In this document: positions 1-8,083 of the stretch, one piece after another
Layout of the letters: each line of letters begins with the position of its first letter
How positions within the stretch are numbered: the stretch's first letter is position 1
Source: a virus
Lineage: Duplodnaviria; Caudoviricetes
Strand: one strand, 5' to 3'
DNA: 56,419 nt
IMG/VR virus record: IMGVR_UViG_3300021354_000009
Location: 1-56,419 of that record
Position numbers and translations under genes: made by a program
Notes under the pieces: model-generated
What the model was told of the DNA's origin: nothing
Database searches by the model: none
The model's input: only the letters and a program-made list of their open reading frames with translations

Positions 1-7
1 GAGACAG
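1..7 (+). other. Probable Nextera/Tn5 mosaic-end adapter remnant
   Basis: GAGACAG is the 3' end of AGATGTGTATAAGAGACAG. The duplicate copy at the other contig end is preceded by different sequence (GTACATC). Confidence 0.75.
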
Positions 8-133
8 CACTCACAGTGATTGGACGCTTGTGCGTTGGATCACCGTAGAAGTTATCGTGGAAGTGGTGAGGCACTACGATATCCAAGAGAGCGCCATTCT
101 TGCAGACGCGGTGCAGTTCCTTCATCAACGGGA
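8..133 (+). repeat. Terminal overlap, copy 1 (circular assembly)
   Basis: 126 bp identical to 56294-56419. Confidence 0.97.
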
Positions 134-314
134 TGAAGCTCTCACCGATATGCTCAAGGATATGGTGCGCCCTGATCTCTTCAACAGAGTTGTCCTCAAA
201 GGGCAACTTAGCGCCCTCAATGTTAACTAGGTAATCTGGCTCAACCAATGGGTCATCATCGACGTTTACAAAACCCTCGATGCGTTTATACCCACTACCT
301 AAGTTAACCTTCAT
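134..314 (-). CDS. Class I SAM-dependent methyltransferase, 5' part (continues across the junction into 56419..56022; 192 aa total)
   Basis: ATG at 314 overlaps the upstream stop (ATGA). Reads MKVNLGSGYKRIEGFVNVD...LPFEDNSVEEIRAHHILEHI, a Methyltransf_11-like motif set, and joins in frame to MKELHRVCKNGA. Confidence 0.9.
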
Positions 315-700
315 AGAGCATCCAAAGCGTCGTGAGTAGTGCAAGCATCAATTGCGGCTTGCTTAGTCAACATCGCTTGGCGTGCTGTCTCTACAGCATT
401 AGCATCATATGAATCAGGGTTACGGGCTTGTTGGTTCACAACTTGTTGGAACTCAAAACCAGCGTTAGCTCTCATGCCACCCTTGCGGTCATCAACAGAG
501 ATCTCGTATGTATCCCAGATGATTTGCACTGGATCAGCGTTGAGGTCATAGCGATGTGCTGTGTACCCTTGACGGCCAGCTTGGATTGACGGGCGAACCT
601 CGACGGCATTACGCCATCCGTTGTTGCCTACGCCTTCTGAGGGAGGTGTATCCCAGACCTGCTTTACTTCGTTTCCGACTACTTGAACATAATGTGTCAT
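311..700 (-). CDS. Hypothetical 129-aa protein, possibly tail fibre assembly/chaperone
   Basis: ATG at 700 with GGAG RBS; lies after the receptor-binding-like genes; C-terminus AAIDACTTHDALDAL resembles tail-assembly chaperone ends. Confidence 0.55.
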   Translation of the reverse strand: MTHYVQVVGNEVKQVWDTPPSEGVGNNGWRNAVEVRPSIQAGRQGYTAHRYDLNADPVQIIWDTYEISVDDRKGGMRANAGFEFQQVVNQQARNPDSYDANAVETARQAMLTKQAAIDACTTHDALDAL

Positions 701-720
701 GTGTGACTCCTTGTAAAAAA

Positions 721-1887
721 TTAAACTGATGCAATTGCCGTTGTGTTGGCAGAAGATCCAGCCGATATTGCTGTCCAACTAGTTAATGTGCCAACTTGTT
801 TTGGTGCTGATAAATTAGTTGTGTTACCTTGCCCCAACTGACCACTACTATTTGGCCCCCAAGTATAAAGAGTGCCAATTGTTGTTAGTGCGCCAGTACT
901 GTAAAGGCCTGCGCTTATTTGCAACCAATTAGTTGCAGAACCAATTTGCTTGGGGGAAGAATAGCTGGTTGTATTTCCTAGCCCCAATTGACCAAATGCT
1001 CCTTGACCCCAAGACCACATAGTGCCATCTGTTTTAATGGCTATTCCATTACTATATCCTGCGTCAATTTTTGACCAAGTGGTTAATGCACCAATTTGTT
1101 TTGGTGAGGAATAATATGTTGTGTTCCCAAGCCCAAGCTGGCCTACACCATTGTTTCCCCAAGCCCACAGAGTGCCGTCGGTTTTAAGTGCCAATGTATT
1201 ACCTAAAAGACTTGAAACTTTAGCCCAAGTTGTTAATGCGCCAATTTGTTTTGGTGAGGAGTAGTTTGTTGTGTTGCCAAGACCTAATACCCCGCCACCA
1301 CCTGAACCCCACGCCCATAATGTTCCATCTGTTTTAATGGCAAAAGTAGATGTGGCGGCGCCAGCACTACCTTGAACAAAAGCCCAATTGGTTAAAGCCC
1401 CAATTTGCACTGGGGAAGAATAGTATGTTGTATTACCTAATCCCAATTGACCACTTTGATTTCTTCCCCAACCCCACAAAGTGCCATTTGTCTTTATTCC
1501 AAAAGCAGTATATTGTCTAAGAGAAATAAAAGACCAATTGGTTAATGAGCCAACTTGTTTTGGGGAAGAATAATTGTTTGTGTTTCCAAGACCAGTACTA
1601 CCAAAACCACTACCACCCCAAGCCCAAAGTGTGCCATCTGTTTTTGTAGCAAGATTAACTGAAGAACCGCAACTAATAAGATTCCATGTAGTAAGCGATC
1701 CAACTTGTTTTGGGGACGAATAACTTGTAATATTTCCAACACCAAGTTGGCCAGAAGCGTTATCACCAATAGTAAATAAATACGGCACTGGCTGGCTAGG
1801 CCAAGTCCCCAACGCCCTTGCATTGGCTACACTGCTAAGACTCCATGAGCCTGAGTATTGAACGCCTGATACTGTTGTTGTTGCCAT
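721..1887 (-). CDS. RCC1-repeat 7-bladed beta-propeller protein (type B, copy 2)
   Basis: Seven repeats of KTDGTLWxWGxNxxGQLGLGNTTxYSSPKQVG. Confidence 0.92.
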   Translation of the reverse strand: MATTTVSGVQYSGSWSLSSVANARALGTWPSQPVPYLFTIGDNASGQLGVGNITSYSSPKQVGSLTTWNLISCGSSVNLATKTDGTLWAWGGSGFGSTGLGNTNNYSSPKQVGSLTNWSFISLRQYTAFGIKTNGTLWGWGRNQSGQLGLGNTTYYSSPVQIGALTNWAFVQGSAGAATSTFAIKTDGTLWAWGSGGGGVLGLGNTTNYSSPKQIGALTTWAKVSSLLGNTLALKTDGTLWAWGNNGVGQLGLGNTTYYSSPKQIGALTTWSKIDAGYSNGIAIKTDGTMWSWGQGAFGQLGLGNTTSYSSPKQIGSATNWLQISAGLYSTGALTTIGTLYTWGPNSSGQLGQGNTTNLSAPKQVGTLTSWTAISAGSSANTTAIASV

Positions 1888-1891
1888 TTGT

Positions 1892-3031
1892 TTATCTCAA
1901 AGCAAAAGATGAATTTAGCATGGCGGCAACGGTAGACCACGTTAAAACCGACCCAACTTGCTTGGGGCTAGAGTAAGCGGTTACATTGCCCAACCCAAGC
2001 TGACCATTGGAGTTATAACCCCACGCCCATAAAGAACCGTCAGTTTTGGTTGCCATAGTAAAACTAGATGCACCTTGCGATGCCGCCACCCACGTAGTCA
2101 ATAAGCCAACTTGCTTAGGCGAAGAATAACTTGTTCTATTGCCAAGTCCTAGCTGTCCACGGTTGTTGTAGCCCCATGACCACAGAGTACCATCAGTTTT
2201 TGTATTGGCGGCACAAGCATATCCAGCATTAACAGTACGCCAAGTGGTAAGAGCGCCAATCTGTTTTGGAGATGAATAATAAGTAGTATTGCCAAGACCA
2301 AGTTGTCCTTGGCTATTGCTACCCCATGACCACATAGTGCCGTCAGTTTTAATGGCAAACGTCATAGGGTCTAAGTATGCTGATGTAGAAATCTTAGACC
2401 ATGTAGTCAATGCTCCGATTTGCTTTGGCGAAGAATATGACGTAGTATTTCCCAAACCTAACTGACCTACGTTACCACTACCCCAAGACCACAATGTGCC
2501 GTCAGTTTTTAAAGCAATAGTTTGATTATAACCAGCGGCAACATTGAGCCATGTAGAAAGTAATCCAACTTGCACAGGACTAGACCGATATGTAGTATTG
2601 CCTTGACCTAACTGACCATTATTATTGCGGCCCCACATCCATAATGTTCCATCAGTTTTAACTGCGCCAGTAAATCCTTCGCCACAAGCTACCTGCGCCC
2701 AAGTAGTTAATGCACCAACTTGTATGGGGCTAGAATAATTTGTAAGATTTCCATTACCCAAGTTGCCATAGCCGTTATATCCCCACATCCACAAGGTTCC
2801 ATTGGGCTTTAAAGCCGCCGCAAATACATTGCCAGCAGAAGCAGAGACGCTTGCCCACTCACTAGTAGCTCCAACTTGTACAGGAGATGAATAGGCGGTA
2901 GTGTTGCCTAATCCCAACTGACCTTGTGCATTGCGGCCCCAGCTATACAAATCATAAAAAGTCGTACTCGTCTGCGTCCCAAGCGGATTAAAGCCGGGCT
3001 TGTTGATGGCCGCTACGTAGCGATTGCTCAC
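1892..3031 (-). CDS. RCC1-repeat 7-bladed beta-propeller protein (type A, copy 2)
   Basis: Seven RCC1 repeats. Likely start is GTG at 3031, overlapping the upstream TGA (GTGA); the N-terminus then aligns with paralogue 5994..7121 (KPGFNPLGTQT). Confidence 0.9.
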   Translation of the reverse strand: MSNRYVAAINKPGFNPLGTQTSTTFYDLYSWGRNAQGQLGLGNTTAYSSPVQVGATSEWASVSASAGNVFAAALKPNGTLWMWGYNGYGNLGNGNLTNYSSPIQVGALTTWAQVACGEGFTGAVKTDGTLWMWGRNNNGQLGQGNTTYRSSPVQVGLLSTWLNVAAGYNQTIALKTDGTLWSWGSGNVGQLGLGNTTSYSSPKQIGALTTWSKISTSAYLDPMTFAIKTDGTMWSWGSNSQGQLGLGNTTYYSSPKQIGALTTWRTVNAGYACAANTKTDGTLWSWGYNNRGQLGLGNRTSYSSPKQVGLLTTWVAASQGASSFTMATKTDGSLWAWGYNSNGQLGLGNVTAYSSPKQVGSVLTWSTVAAMLNSSFALR

Positions 3032-4800
3032 GAAACCATCCTTAGTTCTACTTTGTTCATGTTCAATCTCTCTTTGATTTTGTTGAACGGAGCATCCCAC
3101 TCACCAAACACTTCTTGACGCAACAGCTTCATGGTGTCGTAGTACGGGCACTTATCGCCATCTAAAGCATACAGGTAGTACCCCATCACAGGGATAACCA
3201 CCCAAGTCTCCACACCCATAGCCGCCGCCAAATGGCTCACGGACGTACATGAACTGATGACTAAGTCGCAGGATGCAACAGCGTTTTTAGTGTCTTCCCA
3301 AGTATTCAATGGTACTTGTTTTACCCACGTAGGGCAAGCATCTGCACCCTCATCGCGCTGTAAAGATATGAACTCATAGTCCGTGCCTCGCACTGCATCA
3401 AACAGCATTTGGTATGGGAAGCGTTTGTTATGGTCGTCCTCGAATTTGCTGTTACCTTGCCAACGCAGACCAATGCGTTTCTTGTAACCTTTGATGACTG
3501 CGGGCTTGTCAATATACGCATCCCCACGTAGGTCTGCCATCTCGTAGCCGAGGTAGTACGGAGCCACCATAGCAAAGCACCAGAAGTCGTGGTAGACGCC
3601 GTATTCCGCGCCGTGCTGAATGACAGCAGATACGCCTTCAATCTTATTGAACAAACCCACCAAAGCGCCTGAACAGCACACTACTACCTTGTTACCCCTC
3701 GCAACTAAGTCACGGGCGTAACGCACTTGGTGGATTTGATCGCCAAGGCCGTGATCGCAGTACAGCAGGATCGTGCCTTTTGTCTTGCCGTCCCACTCTG
3801 GGGCTGGGGTGTCTGGGAACTTCTCACCAATGATTCCACAGAAGCGCCCTCTGTTCATCTCTCTATAGCCCTCACCGACCTTGCCCTGTTTGAGCAAGTA
3901 CCAACTGCGGTTGTACGCGGCTCGGTGGTCATTGGGACGCTCGGCATTGAGCTTCTCTGAGAGTCTCCACCCTTCGGTAAAGTCACCCATCTTGCCAGCC
4001 GCGACTTGGAGGTCTAAGTCATCTAACTCAGGCATCGTGCGTGCGTTGTCATTCCAGAACTCTGGTTGGCAGAATTGGTTGTAGTGGTGCTTCAATAAGT
4101 CTTTGGACTTGTCATCGTGCTGTTTAGCCAAGACGGGCTTGACATCGTGCATACCAGCGTAGCCGTGTAGGTTCTCGTCGTCTTCCTTGACCGAACTGCC
4201 GTCGATGTTGCTGAAGTCGTAGGCGTATGGCTCCAGACCCAAGAACTCATGGATGCGGTCTAGTTGACCCTTTGGATCAGCAAGGAGTTCGTCATACACA
4301 ACGAATAGGAAGTTCTCTGGCATGGCTTTGTAGCCCGCTTCCAACGACAGATATGCCGCCTTTAGGTGGTCAGCCAACTGTCCAGAGTACATGAATTTAT
4401 CTAGATCATCAGGCTTTGCCACGCGCACGAACGACGCCATGCAATCAGGCACAGGACGCACGGTAGCGATCACCTTACAGGGACGATTCAGCACTTGGTT
4501 CATCGCACCCATGATCTGGGGGATAGGCCACCCACGGGACTTGTCAATGATGACAGGCTTGTCTGTGTCTTCGTAGAAAGCATCAATACAGCCACGCATT
4601 GTCTGCGCGAGCTTCTTGCGTTCAGGGTCGTTCTCGTTTAACAGGCCAGCCGAGTGCCATGTGTTGGCAAGCCCATCAAGGGCGTGGACAAGGCCAGATG
4701 TCGTAGAGACGTGGGTTGCGGGGTTTTGGTTCAGGATAGCCGCCAAGACGGTAGAGCCTGAACGTGGAATGCCAGAGAGGAAGTGTAGTGTTTTGTTCAT
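3028..4800 (-). CDS. Sulfotransferase + TPR + GT9-like glycosyltransferase fusion
   Basis: N-terminal 5'-PSB loop SGIPRSGSTVL and 3'-PB motif RPVPDCMAS; TPR-like helices (PNDHRAAYNRSWYLLKQG); GT-B/GT9 motifs DHGLGDQIH and DLVISSCTSVSHLAAAMG. Confidence 0.88.
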   Translation of the reverse strand: MNKTLHFLSGIPRSGSTVLAAILNQNPATHVSTTSGLVHALDGLANTWHSAGLLNENDPERKKLAQTMRGCIDAFYEDTDKPVIIDKSRGWPIPQIMGAMNQVLNRPCKVIATVRPVPDCMASFVRVAKPDDLDKFMYSGQLADHLKAAYLSLEAGYKAMPENFLFVVYDELLADPKGQLDRIHEFLGLEPYAYDFSNIDGSSVKEDDENLHGYAGMHDVKPVLAKQHDDKSKDLLKHHYNQFCQPEFWNDNARTMPELDDLDLQVAAGKMGDFTEGWRLSEKLNAERPNDHRAAYNRSWYLLKQGKVGEGYREMNRGRFCGIIGEKFPDTPAPEWDGKTKGTILLYCDHGLGDQIHQVRYARDLVARGNKVVVCCSGALVGLFNKIEGVSAVIQHGAEYGVYHDFWCFAMVAPYYLGYEMADLRGDAYIDKPAVIKGYKKRIGLRWQGNSKFEDDHNKRFPYQMLFDAVRGTDYEFISLQRDEGADACPTWVKQVPLNTWEDTKNAVASCDLVISSCTSVSHLAAAMGVETWVVIPVMGYYLYALDGDKCPYYDTMKLLRQEVFGEWDAPFNKIKERLNMNKVELRMVS

Positions 4801-4814
4801 GGGATTAGTTTATA

Positions 4815-5990
4815 TCAGGTAGAGGCAATTGCTACTACATTATTTAAACTACAAGAAACAGATGACCAAGTTGTTAATGATCCAACCTGTTTAGGGGATG
4901 AATAGTTTGTTGTATTACCTGTACCTAGTTGTCCATAATTGTTTTGACCCCAAGTCCAAAGGGTTCCATCAGTTTTAGTAGAAACGGTAAAGTATCTACC
5001 CGATGCAATAGTTAACCAATTTGTTAATACACCAATTTGTTTTGGAGATGAGTAATTAGTTCTGTTTCCAAGACCTAATTCTCCAATACTATTTATTCCC
5101 CAAGACCAAAGAGTTCCGTCTGTTTTGGTGGCTAATGATGTGTATGGGCCTGCATTTGTAATAAGCCATGTGGTTAAAGCGCCAATTTGTTTTGGTGAAG
5201 AATAATTGGTGCTATTGCCAAGGCCTAATTGGCCACCTGCGCCTTGATAATTGGAATTCCAACCCCAAGACCATATTGTTCCATCGGTCTTAATAGCCAA
5301 GGCATGAAAAAACCCCGCAGTTATTTTTGACCAAGTTGTCAAAGAACCAACTTGTTTTGGAGAAGAATAAGATGTAGTGTTATTAAGACCTAGTTCGCCA
5401 TAATCATTTCTAGCCCATGACCAAAGCGTACCGTCGGTTTTAATAGCGTAAGAACTATATGCACCTGCGGCTGTAGTAAGCCAAGTGGTTAAACTGCCTA
5501 TTTGTTTAGGTGATGAATAATAGGTTATGTTTCCCAAACCTAATTGGCCAAAACCATTACCACCCCAAGCCCATAATGTACCGTCTGTTTTGGTAGTTAA
5601 AACATTGAAATATCCTACAGATATTTTTGACCAATTAGTTAAAGCTCCAACTTGTTTAGGTGACGAATAAGATGTTGTATTACCTAAGCCAAGTCTACCG
5701 CCGGGACCATAACCCCATGCCCACAAAGTACCGTCCGTTTTAATTACAAGAGATGCGCCTATTGATGTACCAGTTGGTAATACTGACCAGCTAGTAAGAG
5801 TGTCAACCTGCTTGGGGGATGAATAATTAGTCGTGTTACCTAATCCAAGCTGACCATTACTGTTTAAACCCCACGCATACAAATGCGGAGCAGGCTGAGT
5901 CGGCCAAGTCCCTGCCGAAATAGCAGAGTTAACCTGTTGCATTGTCCAGATGCCTGAGTATTGAACGCCTGATACTTGTAATGTTGCCAT
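4815..5990 (-). CDS. RCC1-repeat 7-bladed beta-propeller protein (type B, copy 1)
   Basis: Seven RCC1 repeats; N-terminus VSGVQYSG.W...GTWP.QP is shared with 721..1887. Confidence 0.92.
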   Translation of the reverse strand: MATLQVSGVQYSGIWTMQQVNSAISAGTWPTQPAPHLYAWGLNSNGQLGLGNTTNYSSPKQVDTLTSWSVLPTGTSIGASLVIKTDGTLWAWGYGPGGRLGLGNTTSYSSPKQVGALTNWSKISVGYFNVLTTKTDGTLWAWGGNGFGQLGLGNITYYSSPKQIGSLTTWLTTAAGAYSSYAIKTDGTLWSWARNDYGELGLNNTTSYSSPKQVGSLTTWSKITAGFFHALAIKTDGTIWSWGWNSNYQGAGGQLGLGNSTNYSSPKQIGALTTWLITNAGPYTSLATKTDGTLWSWGINSIGELGLGNRTNYSSPKQIGVLTNWLTIASGRYFTVSTKTDGTLWTWGQNNYGQLGTGNTTNYSSPKQVGSLTTWSSVSCSLNNVVAIAST

Positions 5991-5993
5991 GAT

Positions 5994-7121
5994 TTATCCT
6001 TGGGCAATAACATGATACTGGCCACCATCAAAAACACCCCAAGTTGTAGATACTCCCACTTGTTTTGGTGATGAGTAGCTTGTAGTATTTCCAAGACCTA
6101 ACTGTCCTTCTGTGCCACGACCCCAAGCCCAAAGCGTTCCGTCAGTTTTAGATGCAAGTGTAAATTCTTGACCGCCAACAGCAAGATTTAACCAGTTGGT
6201 TAATGAACCCACTTGTTTGGGTGAGGAATAATATGTCAGATTGTTAAGGCCTAACTGTCCTGTTTGATTTTGTCCCCACGCCCAAAAAGTACCGTCAGTT
6301 TTAACAGCTACGGTGTAATACGCACCACCAGAAACTTTTAACCAATTTGTTAATGCGCCAATTTGTTTGGGAGAGCTAAAGTTAGTTCTATTTCCAATCC
6401 CTAGTTGACCAACTGCATTATTTCCCCAAGACCAAATAGTTCCATCGGTTTTAACAGCATATGAATTTACCCTACCAGCAGAAACAGTTGACCAATTAGT
6501 TAAAGCGCCCACTTGTTTAGGAGATGAATAATATGTTGTATTTCCAAGTCCAAGTTCACCGTATGGATTTTGACCCCATGAGAATAATTGACCCGAAGTA
6601 TTGATTGCAACGCAATGCGCTCCTCCAAAAGCAATTTTGCTCCAAGTGGTTAATGATCCAACTTGTTTTGGAGATGAATAAGATGTTGTGTTACCAAGGC
6701 CTAATTGACCAGAACCGCCATATCCCCATGCCCATAACGTACCATCGGTTTTAATAACGTAAATTTGTGGGCCAAATCCTTGGGCAATATACGACCATGT
6801 AGTCAATGAACCGACTTGCTTGGGCGAAGAATAATATGTTGTATTACCAAGACCTAATTGGCCACTGCCATTCGAGCCCCATGCCCATAAAGTACCGTCA
6901 TTACGAATTGCATAAGAAGAATTTGTTGCGCCAACATTTGTCCAATACAAAGAACCAACTTGTTTTGGCGAGGAATAATTTGTTCTATTATTAAGTCCAA
7001 GCGCCCCATCTGCGCCACTACCCCAAGTAAATAGGTTATATGCATAGGAAGACGTCTGCGTCCCAAGCGGATTAAAGCCAGGCTTAATAATACTTCCCAG
7101 ATTTTGTTGGCGTAAGCTCAT
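5994..7121 (-). CDS. RCC1-repeat 7-bladed beta-propeller protein (type A, copy 1)
   Basis: Seven RCC1 repeats; N-terminus KPGFNPLGTQT. Confidence 0.92.
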   Translation of the reverse strand: MSLRQQNLGSIIKPGFNPLGTQTSSYAYNLFTWGSGADGALGLNNRTNYSSPKQVGSLYWTNVGATNSSYAIRNDGTLWAWGSNGSGQLGLGNTTYYSSPKQVGSLTTWSYIAQGFGPQIYVIKTDGTLWAWGYGGSGQLGLGNTTSYSSPKQVGSLTTWSKIAFGGAHCVAINTSGQLFSWGQNPYGELGLGNTTYYSSPKQVGALTNWSTVSAGRVNSYAVKTDGTIWSWGNNAVGQLGIGNRTNFSSPKQIGALTNWLKVSGGAYYTVAVKTDGTFWAWGQNQTGQLGLNNLTYYSSPKQVGSLTNWLNLAVGGQEFTLASKTDGTLWAWGRGTEGQLGLGNTTSYSSPKQVGVSTTWGVFDGGQYHVIAQG

Positions 7122-7135
7122 TGGCTACTCCAAAA

Positions 7136-7510
7136 TTACGATATGACTTCGTATGAGATCGTGTAAGTGATTCCGCTTGCAGTACCCGATGTCACCGTGA
7201 TGGACTTGTCTTCCATCAAATAGATGGCAGTCGTTTTATCCACAGCAATCACTGACGCGCTTGCGGGCACAGCAATAGTGGAGATCACTGGGTAAGCAGT
7301 ACCACCACCTGCCGCTACACTGTTAATTGACACGGTAGCATTTACAGCCGAAGTACCGTTCACGTTAGCGCACACGATCTGGTTGATCTTGTAGACCTGA
7401 CCACTGGATGCGGCGTTAGATAGCAACACGTTAGCAGTTGTATTGGTAGGTGTTAAGTACGTGGTCGTGCCAGACGCTGTGGTCGCCGCAAGAAGATTTG
7501 GATTAGCCAT
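7136..7510 (-). CDS. Small beta-rich virion (tail-associated) protein
   Basis: 124 aa, Ser/Thr/Ala/Val-rich, AGGAG RBS, within the tail operon. Confidence 0.6.
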   Translation of the reverse strand: MANPNLLAATTASGTTTYLTPTNTTANVLLSNAASSGQVYKINQIVCANVNGTSAVNATVSINSVAAGGGTAYPVISTIAVPASASVIAVDKTTAIYLMEDKSITVTSGTASGITYTISYEVIS

Positions 7511-7519
7511 GTTAGCTCC

Positions 7520-8083
7520 TTAAATACTGAAGATAAAGTTGATCATTGTCGCTTTGGCTTGTGTGACGCCAGAAGCCGCGGGTGCAGACGATACCCAACC
7601 AGAACCGTTTGATGTCAACACGTTTCCGTTAGTTCCAGATGACGTCAAACCTGTACCACCGTTTGCGGCAATTAAAGTCCCCGCCAACGTGATAGCCCCA
7701 GTTGAACTGGTACTTGGCGTAAACCCTGTGGTGCCCGCGCTGAATGATGTCACACCACCAGTACTGGCCGCCCAAGTTGGTAAACCGCCAGACAATGTCA
7801 ACACATAGCCATTAGTGCCTACAGCCAACTTGCTTAGAGTATTTGTAGCCGATGCATATAGCAAGTCACCAGTGGTGTAGGTCGTCAGACCCGTACCGCC
7901 TGCGGTCGTTGGCGTTGTCTTCCAAGCGATAACTTGTACAGCGTTCGAATTGTCTTTGTAGAACAACTTACCATCGGTGACGTTGATCGCCAACTCACCA
8001 TTTGCAAGATTTGTGTTTACAGGAACGGAAGCCGCTGTAGTGCTGTAGTACAGCGAAATTGGGGTATAGCCTGATGCGGACAT
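7520..8083 (-). CDS. Tail fibre-like protein
   Basis: N-terminal NGELAINVTDGKLFYKD motif and GGTG fibre repeats. Confidence 0.7.
   Translation of the reverse strand: MSASGYTPISLYYSTTAASVPVNTNLANGELAINVTDGKLFYKDNSNAVQVIAWKTTPTTAGGTGLTTYTTGDLLYASATNTLSKLAVGTNGYVLTLSGGLPTWAASTGGVTSFSAGTTGFTPSTSSTGAITLAGTLIAANGGTGLTSSGTNGNVLTSNGSGWVSSAPAASGVTQAKATMINFIFSI
7698..7710. repeat. Dispersed palindrome CCAGTTSAACTGG
   Basis: Exact match. Confidence 0.85.

Noticed and set aside
8-133. Biological direct terminal repeat
   Set aside because: It falls mid-gene, has a k-mer-like length and is preceded by an adapter remnant; an assembly overlap is more likely.
3032-3100. N-terminal extension of ORF 1892..3100
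   Set aside because: It overlaps the sulfotransferase gene; the GTG at 3031 matches the paralogue start.
721-7121. Diversity-generating retroelement or shufflon acting on the RCC1 genes
   Set aside because: No reverse transcriptase or recombinase, no TR/VR pair differing only at adenines, and the shared boxes are direct rather than inverted.
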